A model generated the notes under the pieces. It was not told the DNA's origin. It made no database searches and saw nothing but the letters and a program-made list of their open reading frames with translations. A program made the translations under genes and the position numbers. Positions 10,274-19,549 of a DNA stretch of 64,000 bases are shown here, in pieces. The stretch comes from Terriglobales bacterium (GTDB lineage: Bacteria > Acidobacteriota > Terriglobia > Terriglobales > Acidobacteriaceae), in assembly GCA_035483835.1 (NCBI GenBank), contig DATHPO010000090.1:1924-65923 (forward strand). The letters are read 5' to 3'. Each line of letters opens with the position of its first letter. Positions within the stretch are counted from its first letter, which is position 1.

Positions 10274-10570
10274 AGAAGCCTCTCGTCATCTCTTTCCAGT
10301 GCGTCTCTCTCAATCGAGGAAGCACGACAGTCGCCATTTACAAAGAGCTGATAATTCAACAAATCTGATCAAGACGTTGTTACCAAAGCACTCACCTTCC
10401 GTTCGCTTTGTGATCTTTACGCATCGGAGAGTGTGCTAAGGAAGGGCTCCACATCCAGTCGTGAATCGTACAATGTGAGCGTAGAGTCAATTCACAGCAT
10501 TCTGCCGAGCCTTGAGAAGCGACGGTCTCTTGTGATTGGGCAGCTTTGATTACAAGGAGCCGATACGGAA

Positions 10571-10735
10571 ATGGCGGATACCTCGCGGAAGTCCCAACTG
10601 ACAGCAGAACTCCTCCAACTAACTCAACAGCAGCAGAAAGACTTGGAAGATGCGACGCTCCTTGGATGGCGGCCAGGTCAACTTGAGGCTTATCAGGAAC
10701 GCGGTGAAGAGTCTCCTTTCTGCGCCCACAGTTGA
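10571..10735 (+). CDS. possible 54-aa small ORF (helical, Gln-rich)
   Basis: ATG is 12 nt after AAGGAG. It lies in an otherwise ORF-free 900-bp gap. A +1 frame continues plausibly past the stop, so it may itself be frameshifted. Confidence 0.25.
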   Translation: MADTSRKSQLTAELLQLTQQQQKDLEDATLLGWRPGQLEAYQERGEESPFCAHS

Positions 10736-11178
10736 CTGTAGCCGTTGTTGAGGAAAAGCGCGAAACTTTACCAGGTACCTTGCCTGTTACTCTCGACTTC
10801 GATGTGGATCAGGCGGTTCTAGCCTGAATCACCTCACGCACGACTGCCGCAAGCCTTGGGCGCGACTGTCCCGCTTCGCGGAAATAAACACGATATTCGT
10901 TCGCTCACAGACGCCAAGTCGTCCGCTTCCCATGAAATCAAACGATGGCAGCTGCTCTTAATGAAATGGTAGAATCTCCTGCGGGTGCTGTCTTATGACT
11001 TGGCAATGGACTCTTAGCACGAGAATCGCCTGCAGAGCGCTTCGCGGGCAAAATGGCGCCGAATTGTGGAAATCCGGAAAAACCGACACACTTTCTTACA
11101 CAGTTGCACATTCGTCATTTTTGGATGAGACGAAAAATAGCCATAAGCTAGTCGTAAAATAAGGCACTTGCAAGTAGA

Positions 11179-11265
11179 GCCGGGATGGCGGAACTGGCAG
11201 ACGCAGCGGACTCAAAATCCGCCGGGCTTCGGCCCTTGGGGGTTCGACTCCCCCTCCCGGCACCA
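11179..11265 (+). tRNA. tRNA-Leu (anticodon CAA), 87 nt including encoded CCA
   Basis: Acceptor stem gccggga/tcccggc, anticodon loop ctCAAaa, long variable arm, T-arm ggggttcgactcccc, terminal acca. Confidence 0.9.
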
Positions 11266-11343
11266 GCACCTTTGGTGTCAATTCGTTACCTAGTACTCCA
11301 ATAGTATTCCGGGATACGTTCCAAGGGCGGAAAGGATTCGCCC

Positions 11344-11900
11344 GTGAACAGACGCGTGTCCGTCTGGAAGTACGTCCGTATCGGAAAGAAGTGGCCGCTA
11401 CTGCAAACCTGCCGTTGGAAAAAACGGAAAAGTCAAACCCGATTGGGTAATCGTGCGTGGCAAGGAAGAGCACCATCCAGAAGGGAACTTCTATCTTCAC
11501 CGCTACCATGGCAATAAGGAAATCTGGAAGAGGATTGGGCCCAATGCTCAAGAGGCGGTGAATGCGGCCGATTTTGAATCTACGTACTTGGCTGCGCGCG
11601 AGCCAAAGGCATACCTGTTAACCAATAGATACACCGGTTCTTTCGATCAAAGCGGCTGCGCATGGCTGTTTGGAAGACGTGAAACTTTCAAATCGGCCCG
11701 AGACCTACGAACTTTACGAGCACACTATTCGGCAATTCCAAGAATGGAACTTGAATGGTGGGCCGCATCGGATCAATCTCATCGATCTGGACCGGAAGGA
11801 CTTTCTTGAGTATCGACATTCATATGTCCGGCAGCTCCGCGATATGAAGTGGCCTCTCTTGACGAGTACGATTCTCGATTTTTCGCCAACTACCCTTTGA
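11344..11900 (+). pseudogene. tyrosine integrase N-terminal remnant (two frameshifts, catalytic domain missing)
   Basis: Three frames join to VNRRVSVWKYVRIGKKW / YCKPAVGKNGKVKPDWVIVRGKEEHHPEGNFYLH...AVNAADFES / EDVKLSNRPETYELYEHTIRQF. It sits directly downstream of the tRNA and ends after about 185 codons. Confidence 0.75.
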
Positions 11901-12119
11901 ACCTCGCAACTCACGGCTCTCGTTGACGGGTAGATGTATAGCGACGGCAAAAGTGCTACACCCCGACTTTCGTTGACTTGCCAGTTTCACAGACGTAAGA
12001 TCCCGAGAATCGGCGTTGCGACCATCGGATCTCCAAGGAAGACTTGTCAAAGTTGATATTCTTCCTTATCAGCCGAAACTCCCCGCGTACGCCGGTGAGC
12101 ATAGCGACCCTTGATTAAC

Positions 12120-13349
12120 ATGGCCACTACCGGCAGTCTGGAGGCCCGCCACCCACCTAAGGTGGCCTATGGCGAGATTTCCAGCTTCGCCTACGACACG
12201 TTCTGCAGCGATAAAGTGCGGTTTGCTCTCACCGCATTAGGGATGGTCGTCGGGACGGCTTCGCTGATTCTCGTAGTCACAATCGCCATGACGGGAAAGA
12301 AGTACGTTTTGGATCAGATTCAGGGTATCGGCGTGAACATGATCGTGGTTGAATACCAAGGCGGAGACCGCGGGAGCGATTTCTTGACCATCGATGATAT
12401 GCACGCTGTATTACTGCAAGTGCCAGGCATCCTGGCCGCTTCTCCGGTGGTTCCGCTCGCTGACAGGATCCCTATCGGCCTTCATCAGGAGCGTGATCTC
12501 GACGTCCTGGGCGTGTTCCCCGAATACCGCACTGTGCGTAATTTGGTGGTTCTTTCCGGAAGATTTTTCGATGGCCAGGACGAGCAGGCACACAACAAAG
12601 TTGGCGTAATCACGCAAAAACTCGCCGAGCAAGTCTACGGGTCGGCGGATGATGCGGTGGGGAAGATTGTGAACCTCAGTGGTTTGCCTTTCACGATCAT
12701 CGGTACTTTCAGAGAACGGGTGGACACCTTCGGGCGGTCAGAGGTGACCAACAACACCATGGTGATTCCCTACACCGTCACGCGGTATTTCACGAACTCG
12801 CCTGAGGTGCGACAGCTCTATTTCTCAGCCGCCGAGCCGTCGATTGTGATCCCGGTCACCGAAAAAATTCAGAAACTTATCAAGTCTCGCCATCGGCCGG
12901 AGTCAGCCTACTTCGTGCAGAATCTTACAGAGGTGGTCGCAATGGCGGAGCGGACCGCGAACGCACTTACCTTAGTCTTGCTGCTCATCGCAGCGGTGAC
13001 GCTCCTAGTGAGTGGCATAGGAATCATGAATATAATGTTGGCGACGGTAAGTTCACGCATTACCGAGATCGGCCTACGCAAAGCAATTGGTGCGACCAAT
13101 CGTGACATCCGTTTTCAATTCTTGTCAGAAGCGATCCTGATCTCTCTCATTGGAGGCTCTGCTGGAGTAATCTTCGGACTGGCATTGCCGTTATCGGTGC
13201 GCATTTTTACCGAATACCGGCTCCCCATTTCGGTACTGTCTGTTGTTGTTGCGATCGTAGTCTCTTGCTCAGTAGGTGTTCTTTTCGGAACCGCTCCGGC
13301 TACGTTTGCGGCCGGGTTGGATCCAGTGGAGAGCATGCGCCATGAATAA
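12120..13349 (+). CDS. ABC transporter permease, MacB/FtsX type (no adjacent ATPase)
   Basis: N-terminal TM, large periplasmic MacB-like core, C-terminal FtsX four-helix bundle (EIGLRKAIGAT motif). Confidence 0.8.
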   Translation: MATTGSLEARHPPKVAYGEISSFAYDTFCSDKVRFALTALGMVVGTASLILVVTIAMTGKKYVLDQIQGIGVNMIVVEYQGGDRGSDFLTIDDMHAVLLQVPGILAASPVVPLADRIPIGLHQERDLDVLGVFPEYRTVRNLVVLSGRFFDGQDEQAHNKVGVITQKLAEQVYGSADDAVGKIVNLSGLPFTIIGTFRERVDTFGRSEVTNNTMVIPYTVTRYFTNSPEVRQLYFSAAEPSIVIPVTEKIQKLIKSRHRPESAYFVQNLTEVVAMAERTANALTLVLLLIAAVTLLVSGIGIMNIMLATVSSRITEIGLRKAIGATNRDIRFQFLSEAILISLIGGSAGVIFGLALPLSVRIFTEYRLPISVLSVVVAIVVSCSVGVLFGTAPATFAAGLDPVESMRHE

Positions 13350-13366
13350 TTCTTAGCTGCCTGCAG

Positions 13367-14146
13367 GTGGTCTGCAACCGAGGAGAACCGGCGATTCCGA
13401 ACGCACGAGCCATAGCACTTTCGCTAACGTTTCTGATCCTATTCGTTCATCCGCCAACTTGGTCCCAGGACCATCCCGCGGATGATCAACACGCCGGCAT
13501 GTCCATGTCGATGCCGATGCCCGCAGACGGACCGACGCCAGCTCTATTCTTAAAGTGGAAGCTTGAGAGCGAGGGCAATCACCACCTTATCGGACTTTTC
13601 GTTGCGCTGGGTGGCGTTTTCCTCCTGGCTCAGGATGTCTGGAAGAAGAGGTTGCCCGCTGTGCGTTACGTTTGGCCGGTCTGTTTCTTGCTTTCGGGCT
13701 TATTTGTCCTTGTCTACAGCGATACGGAACTCTGGCCCTTTGGTCCGAAGCCATGGATCCAGGGCACCATAACGAACCCGGAAGTTATCCAGCACAAGAT
13801 CTTCGCCGTCTTGCTTCTTGGTTTGGGACTGGTCGAAATGGAGAGAGAGCGTGAGCGTCTCAAAGCGGTTTGGGCTGCGTGGGTTTTTCCCGTGCTCGCG
13901 GTGGCGGGTTCGGTTCTGTTGCTGCTCCATTCGCACCATGCGGGAATGAGAGGCGCAAACCACATGGCGATCCAGGCACGTATTCACGCGCAGCATCTCA
14001 GCTACGCGGCCACCGGTTTCGGCATTGGCCTAACTAAAGGTTTGGCCGAAGTCAGGACAAGGTGGCAGACCGTCTTCGCGAAGCTCTGGCCCACGTTGAT
14101 GATTGTTCTGGGTGTCCTTCTAATGTTCTATACGGAGTCGCCGTGA
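13367..14146 (+). CDS. polytopic membrane protein with Met/His-rich N-terminal segment (function unknown)
   Basis: Signal-like start, HPADDQHAGMSMSMPMPADG, six hydrophobic helices, His cluster LLHSHHAGM. Confidence 0.5.
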   Translation: MVCNRGEPAIPNARAIALSLTFLILFVHPPTWSQDHPADDQHAGMSMSMPMPADGPTPALFLKWKLESEGNHHLIGLFVALGGVFLLAQDVWKKRLPAVRYVWPVCFLLSGLFVLVYSDTELWPFGPKPWIQGTITNPEVIQHKIFAVLLLGLGLVEMERERERLKAVWAAWVFPVLAVAGSVLLLLHSHHAGMRGANHMAIQARIHAQHLSYAATGFGIGLTKGLAEVRTRWQTVFAKLWPTLMIVLGVLLMFYTESP

Positions 14147-14286
14147 TCCTACTGTTTTCACACTCTGGCGTAAAACTAAGTTGGTGATGTATCTTCTAAG
14201 GTATTGTGATCTTTTGCGTCTTCGGCATCGTGAAGTTCAAGAATCTCGTAGGTCGTCTCCGCCCGTCTGTGATGAATCGCCCGACG

Positions 14287-16650
14287 TTATCTCCTTCGGC
14301 CACCGCCCATGCGGGCGCCTCCCATGCCGCCGCCTCCGTAGCTGCGCATTGAGTTGAAGTTCTGGGTTCGCTGCGTTCCTTGCGTGCGGGCCTGTTGTTG
14401 CCGTTGCAGGCTGGTTTCGGGTCGGTTCGTGTTCTGCCAGCCGCTGCCGCTGTTGGAAGACCAGTCGCCGTTCTGCCGGTTATAGCGATAGACCGTTCCA
14501 TCTTTGCCGGCGTAGATGTTGTCCTTGCCCGCAGCGACCCCTGCTCCCGTATTGGTATTGTAGGCAAATCCGCCGCGCCCGGCCGTGCCCTGACCGCTGT
14601 AAATGTTTCCCGCGTAACCGGCTCCGCCGCCTGCGACGATGCCGGTATTCGGATTGTAAGTCGCACCGCCGCGATAGCCGGCCGTGTTGCCCGTGTAGAT
14701 ATTCGTATTGCTGCCGCGCCCGGCGACCGTGGACCGACCGGTCTGGTTATTGTGGTAGGCGCCACGCGTCGCCGCTCCGTAGTTGCCGGTATACGGATTC
14801 GCCCAAGCTGCGCCGGTACGAGAGTAAGCCGTGCTGCCCCAAACTCCGTACACGTTGGCAACGGCTGCACCGCCCCACGCTCCCCAGCCGTAATAGGGAT
14901 ACCACCCATAACCGTAATATCCCATTGGTCCCCACCAAGGGTAATACCAAGGATAGTAGGAATATCCGTAGCCAAACCCGAAGCTCCATCCGGAATCGCT
15001 AGTGTAGGTGAATCCTGCTCCCACACCGTAAGTGTAAGGCCAGCCATACCAAATAGTGGGACCAACGTACGAGGCGTAATGCCAACCAGTCCCGTAAACT
15101 ACGGTCGTGGAACTCGACGAGACGACCGTTCCGTAGTAGCCGGGCGTGTAGCCCACGTAAACCACATCCGGTGTTGAACCGTAGATCTTCACGTAGGTTA
15201 CGTAGTAGATAGGCGAGCTGGGCGGGATGGTATATATCTCATCGGGGACCGAATCTGCAACGCGCCACGGCCCATGTGGCGTCGAAGCTTTGAACCACAC
15301 GCCAGCTTCAACGCCGTAATAGTTGTTATCGGAAACCTTGATAACCGGCGACGACGTATTCTGTGCATAGCTCATCGAAGTGCCTTGAATCGGTACGAAC
15401 ACTGCTTCCCCGTCATACTTCACATCGAGCTCCGCCTCCGATCGAGTAATGCTGGCGGTCTGGGGAATTGAGTTTGCGATCAGCGCCTCCTGGGCTTGCG
15501 GCGTGCCGGGCACGGACGCGAGAACTGTTGACTTGGGGTCCGCCAAAGGAATCTTCGCAAAGTCGGTCGGAAGATCGCTGCCGGAGACGAACGTCCACGG
15601 ACCCTGTAGTGAAGCTGCACCAAACCAGCGCCCTGAGATCAGGATGTAATACCGGCCGCTGAGACGGAACACGTTGCCGTTGGTGTTCTCTGCATATTCC
15701 AGTTGAGTCCCGGGAATAGGCTTGTATTGAGGCTCTCCCTTGGTCTCGATCAGTTCCGCCGGGCCGAACTCTACATATACAACCGGGATCTCCGCCTTCT
15801 TGCCGGAATCTTTCAATGAAAGCGGTTTCGAACCCTGATTGCTCTGCGGCGTCTGCGTTGCGGCCTGCTTGACAACGTACTCCTCAGCTTTCTTCATGTC
15901 GTCAGGCAGCTTTTCGGCATAGGACCACGTGCTTTCCAGATCCTCGGCCTGCAACCACCAGTCTTGCACTCGCAGGAAATAGGTCTTCTTGTCGTTGTCG
16001 AACAAGAGAACCGCACGAGTGTTAATTACGCGCTGCAGCTTCGTGTCTTGGATCTCTCGCAACTGCGGTTTGCCATCGATGAGCACGAGCAAGGACGGCT
16101 TGCTCGCAACGATGACTTTCGGAGGATCGTTCTTGACCTCTACTCCTTTTATTTCCTCGCCAGCCGCTGTTAGCGCCGCTTGTAGCCGGTCAAGAGAAAT
16201 AGTTTTGGTTGCGCTCGGTAGTTTCTTCTGCAGCAAGGCGGTCAGGGCAGCCTCCTTCTCTGTTGCCGCCGGGAATGTAACCTTGGTTAGCTGCATCTGG
16301 TCGAGAGTCACGAGTCGGTTGATCTTGTCCACCTCAGTGCGCGCGTTGAACCAGACAACTCCATACTTGGCCGCGGCGTCCTTGCCGGTTTTCAGCTCGA
16401 CTGCAGAATACAAGTAGATCCGGTTGGCTTCCCACTTCTCCACCTGCGGCTGGTAGATGAGGAATGTGTCTGACCCACTCGTCATGATTCGAGGCCAACT
16501 AGCTTCGGACGCCTGCGCCTTTTTCACAATGGCTTTCTGCGCACTCGGGGCGTTGGGCAGGTCTTGAGCCAGACCTGGAGAGTGGACCATGAGGCAAATA
16601 AGAATGACCACCAACAATGACGCACAGACTTCAGCATTCTTCAGACACAT
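14287..16650 (-). CDS. large secreted protein with Gly/Tyr/Trp-rich C-terminal low-complexity region ending GGGRRR
   Basis: ATG at 16650 is 5 nt after GGAG and starts a signal peptide (MCLKNAEVCASLLVVILICLMVHSPGLAQ). The long upstream extension in the ORF track is probably not translated. Confidence 0.6.
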   Translation of the reverse strand: MCLKNAEVCASLLVVILICLMVHSPGLAQDLPNAPSAQKAIVKKAQASEASWPRIMTSGSDTFLIYQPQVEKWEANRIYLYSAVELKTGKDAAAKYGVVWFNARTEVDKINRLVTLDQMQLTKVTFPAATEKEAALTALLQKKLPSATKTISLDRLQAALTAAGEEIKGVEVKNDPPKVIVASKPSLLVLIDGKPQLREIQDTKLQRVINTRAVLLFDNDKKTYFLRVQDWWLQAEDLESTWSYAEKLPDDMKKAEEYVVKQAATQTPQSNQGSKPLSLKDSGKKAEIPVVYVEFGPAELIETKGEPQYKPIPGTQLEYAENTNGNVFRLSGRYYILISGRWFGAASLQGPWTFVSGSDLPTDFAKIPLADPKSTVLASVPGTPQAQEALIANSIPQTASITRSEAELDVKYDGEAVFVPIQGTSMSYAQNTSSPVIKVSDNNYYGVEAGVWFKASTPHGPWRVADSVPDEIYTIPPSSPIYYVTYVKIYGSTPDVVYVGYTPGYYGTVVSSSSTTVVYGTGWHYASYVGPTIWYGWPYTYGVGAGFTYTSDSGWSFGFGYGYSYYPWYYPWWGPMGYYGYGWYPYYGWGAWGGAAVANVYGVWGSTAYSRTGAAWANPYTGNYGAATRGAYHNNQTGRSTVAGRGSNTNIYTGNTAGYRGGATYNPNTGIVAGGGAGYAGNIYSGQGTAGRGGFAYNTNTGAGVAAGKDNIYAGKDGTVYRYNRQNGDWSSNSGSGWQNTNRPETSLQRQQQARTQGTQRTQNFNSMRSYGGGGMGGARMGGGRRR

Positions 16651-16778
16651 GGATCTCCAAACATCTGGCCTTAAACCGTCCGTGATCGGAGCGAACTGTT
16701 GAAACTTGATACTTGCTGCTTCGGGCCACGACTTCTTCCGGTTAAGCAACATGGCTATTGGTTGATGGTTCGGTTTGA

Positions 16779-16823
16779 ATGCTAGCAATCTAAGTCCTAC
16801 TCCACACCTGGGGATTAGGCAGT
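16779..16823 (-). promoter_or_regulatory. right-half copy of the palindrome motif (..TAATCCCCAG) with GTGTGG-N17-TAGCAT
   Basis: Only the promoter-proximal half TCCCCAG is conserved. It lies about 130 nt upstream of the 16650 start. Confidence 0.3.
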
Positions 16824-16910
16824 GCCTTTGTGTCACAAGCACCCAACAACGGAGAAAGTTTTCTCAATCAGCTTGTTCTGTCTCGTACCTATTGAGCTAG
16901 TCTCTAAGCA

Positions 16911-17561
16911 TCAATATGCGCTAATCAGGTGGTTCTTGACCGCGTATTGCACCAGGTCGGCATCGTTCTTCGCATGTAATATTTCCCGGATCCGGAGCTT
17001 ATGAAAAGCAACCGTGGAAGTTGCAAGGTTCAACACACGCGCGACTTCCTTCATCGACTTTCCTTCGCTCACCAACTGCAAAACCTCGCGCTGCCGTTCG
17101 CTGAGTTGCTGCCCTTCATCGACAGATGCTTTGTCCTGGCGCAACAAAACATCGACGGTTTCTTTGACGATTGCTGGGGAGAGATAGAACTTGCCATTCA
17201 GAACCTCCCGCACGGCTAGTATGAGATCCGACGCTGAACAACTCTTCAGCACATACCCTGAGGCTCCGCGTCGGAAAGCCTCGGCGGCCAACGCAGGATC
17301 TGTATTCATCGTCAAGAACACGAACTTTACCGAACCGAGCAGTTCCTTCACCTGACATGCGGCGTCGAGACCGTTCAAGAGCGGCATGCCGACGTCCACA
17401 ATAATCAGCTGGGGCTTCAGAGTGGCAGCAATTCGTACGAGTGCACGCCCGTTATTCACCGTAGCGACCACATCGAATTCCGGCTCGAGCAGCTTTTTGC
17501 ATACATCGGCCACGAACGTGTGGTCGTCAGCGATCATGATTTGAGAACGATTCCCCGCCAT
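16911..17561 (-). CDS. NarL/LuxR-family response regulator
   Basis: Receiver (IMIADDH...DVGMPLLNG) plus C-terminal LuxR HTH (SERQREVLQLVSEGKSMKEVA). ATG at 17561 follows GAGG. Confidence 0.85.
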   Translation of the reverse strand: MAGNRSQIMIADDHTFVADVCKKLLEPEFDVVATVNNGRALVRIAATLKPQLIIVDVGMPLLNGLDAACQVKELLGSVKFVFLTMNTDPALAAEAFRRGASGYVLKSCSASDLILAVREVLNGKFYLSPAIVKETVDVLLRQDKASVDEGQQLSERQREVLQLVSEGKSMKEVARVLNLATSTVAFHKLRIREILHAKNDADLVQYAVKNHLISAY

Positions 17562-17706
17562 TTGTGCCTCATCCGCTTTCGTGGAGCCTCGATCAAGTGT
17601 GCAATATAACTCTGGACCTATTGCCACTGTCGCTACCGACATTAGCCCGCGCTACCTTCGGGCAGAAAGTAGCGCGTGAGCACCGAAGCCGCCTGCCACT
17701 GGAAAC

Positions 17707-18642
17707 CTAGCTGCCGGCGATGCCCTTGTTGACCAGGACCTTGACTTCAACCCGACGATTCTCGGCCCGCCCTGCCTTGGTCTCGTTCGACGCCGCAGAT
17801 CCGTATTCGCCCATCGCGCCCGGCGCCACGATATGCCGTACCGGTATGTTCCCCTGCTGGACCAGGTAATTGATCACCGCTTGGGCACGATTTTCGCTCA
17901 GTTCCGTGTTCATCGCAGCGCTGCCTGTCGAATCGGTATAGCCCGTCACTTCGATGATGTATCCAGTCAGTCCGGTTGCGGATTGCGCCAACTTACTGAG
18001 CTCTTCCTTGTCCTTCGCGGAGACACTCGAACTGCCGACATTGAAGTTCACCGTGGCTTGGCCCTTCACGTCATACTCGCTTAACGCGGTAAAGCGATTC
18101 GTGTTCTCCTCGATATCCTTCATGTTCTGGGCAATCTTCTGTTGGTTGGCCGCGATGTTCTGTTGGTTGGTGTCGATCTCCTGCTTTTGGGACGCCAGTT
18201 GCACCTTGTTCGACGCGATATTCTTCTGGTTGGCCGCGATCGCCTGCACATTGGCCTGCACTTGTTGTGCGGTGGGATGCAAGCCGGCCTGAATCATTTC
18301 GGCGGTTTCCAGATCGTCACCATCGGTGGTGATGGTATTTGCTACAACCCGGCCCTGGCCGTCGGAGGTTCCTTTCACCTCGACCTTGAGCCCGGGAATC
18401 AGCACCACGCTGGACAAGTGCTGTTTATCCAGACCAAAGAGGCCCTTGTCATCTTTCGTTACCGTGTCATCAGTGAGGACCACGGTCACGCTTCCCTGAC
18501 CGGAGTTCACGATCAACGTTTCTCCAGTCCGAGCAGTGATCATTCCTTTGACTTCGGTTTTGTCGTCGCTGGCCAATAGGACAGATGCGGATGCCAGAAA
18601 AAGCAGCGCCGTGAGACTCACTACAATTGTTCGTCGATTCAT
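17707..18642 (-). CDS. OmpA-family protein with signal peptide, beta-rich N-domain, heptad coiled coil and C-terminal OmpA peptidoglycan-binding domain
   Basis: ATG at 18642 follows AAGGAG. C-terminus reads TGYTDSTGSAAMNTELSENRAQAV...NRRVEVKV. Confidence 0.85.
   Translation of the reverse strand: MNRRTIVVSLTALLFLASASVLLASDDKTEVKGMITARTGETLIVNSGQGSVTVVLTDDTVTKDDKGLFGLDKQHLSSVVLIPGLKVEVKGTSDGQGRVVANTITTDGDDLETAEMIQAGLHPTAQQVQANVQAIAANQKNIASNKVQLASQKQEIDTNQQNIAANQQKIAQNMKDIEENTNRFTALSEYDVKGQATVNFNVGSSSVSAKDKEELSKLAQSATGLTGYIIEVTGYTDSTGSAAMNTELSENRAQAVINYLVQQGNIPVRHIVAPGAMGEYGSAASNETKAGRAENRRVEVKVLVNKGIAGS
18136..18241 (-). repeat. imperfect 21-bp (heptad) tandem repeats encoding the NQQNIAA-type coiled coil of the OmpA-family protein
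   Basis: ttctgttggttggccgcgatg / ttctgttggttggtgtcgatc / ttcttctggttggccgcgatc recur in phase. Confidence 0.5.
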
Positions 18643-18716
18643 CGGTATCTCCTTTATCGCAGTTCTTGAAGTCCAGACAAAAATGTCTGCAGCTAATGCC
18701 TGGTTTCTGAGACCGA

Positions 18717-18761
18717 ACCTTAGGTCTGATGCAATGTCCGCACAACTAGGGAAATCCCTAA
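18717..18761 (-). promoter_or_regulatory. palindrome motif TTAGGGATTTCCCTAG + TTGTGC-N17-TAAGGT, upstream of ompA-like gene
   Basis: Read on the minus strand. The predicted TSS leaves a leader of about 68 nt containing the RBS. Confidence 0.5.
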
Positions 18762-18798
18762 AAGAGCCGGAAGAAGGTCCAGCGACCAAGTTGCCCAA

Positions 18799-18843
18799 CT
18801 AGGGATTTCCCCAGTTGCGGAACCAGGGGTGTAACGTCACAAT
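18799..18843 (+). promoter_or_regulatory. palindrome motif CTAGGGATTTCCCCAG + TTGCGG-N17-CACAAT, upstream of yceI-like gene
   Basis: Divergent from the 18717-18761 copy. The predicted TSS is about 22 nt before the ATG at 18872, upstream of the GGAGAG RBS. Confidence 0.5.
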
Positions 18844-18871
18844 CTGGACGAAAAATGGAGAGCACTCCCAG

Positions 18872-19486
18872 ATGAGGCAGAGCCGGTTTACCTTTGGCTT
18901 TTCCTTTCGATTGGTTGTCCTCTGTTGTCTAACGTCCGCTGTGTTTCCGTCGCTCAGTCGAGCGCAAGCTCCGGTTTTCGAGATCGAGCCGGCACAGAGC
19001 TCGATCAAGTTCCATGTGAAGGCGTCAGTAAATATCGCTGGCAAATTCGACAAGTGGGATGCGTCCTTAACATTTACTTCTCCTGACGAAACGACAGGCG
19101 ATTTAGAGATCACGATTCAAGCAGCCAGCGTGGATACTGGAAGCGGCATGAAGAACGGCAAGCTGAGGAGCAAAGACTTCTTCGACGTCGAGCAGAATCC
19201 GGTGATAACGTTTAAGTCAACGAAATTTGTGCAGACCGGTCCCGGCAGCTACGAGGTGGATGGCGACTTTAGAATACGCGGAGTGTCAAACCCCGAGAAG
19301 CTGACGCTAGTAGTTTCTGGCAAGGGGACAGGCTCTGGCGAGATTAAAGGAAAAATGGTTTTTAACCGTAAGGATTACGGGATGAACAAGGGAATTCCAT
19401 TCATCAGGATCGCCGACCATGTCGACGTAAGTTTCCACCTCAGGGAAAAGCAAATCAGCGGGCCTCCCCTGGTTTTTAAGCAATAA
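18872..19486 (+). CDS. YceI-family periplasmic protein
   Basis: Signal peptide, then SSIKFHVKASVNIAGKFDKWDASLTF...VDTGSGMKNGKLRSKDFFDVEQNPVITFKS, typical of the YceI fold. Confidence 0.85.
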   Translation: MRQSRFTFGFSFRLVVLCCLTSAVFPSLSRAQAPVFEIEPAQSSIKFHVKASVNIAGKFDKWDASLTFTSPDETTGDLEITIQAASVDTGSGMKNGKLRSKDFFDVEQNPVITFKSTKFVQTGPGSYEVDGDFRIRGVSNPEKLTLVVSGKGTGSGEIKGKMVFNRKDYGMNKGIPFIRIADHVDVSFHLREKQISGPPLVFKQ

Positions 19487-19549
19487 GGCGAGCCATGCGA
19501 AAAATCTGCATACCGCCCATAGATCAACTTTTCAGAACGTGGGAGGCGA

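Noticed and set aside
14196-15177. Overlapping ORFs on both strands within the Gly/Tyr-rich region (also 50791-51631 within the DUF3300 tail)
   Set aside because: They arise from repetitive GGN/CCN-type codons. Only the frame carrying the signal peptide and the conserved N-terminal domain is credible.
18801-18810. Core GGGATTTCCC is identical to a eukaryotic NF-kappaB site
   Set aside because: This is a coincidental resemblance in a bacterial genome with no biological implication.
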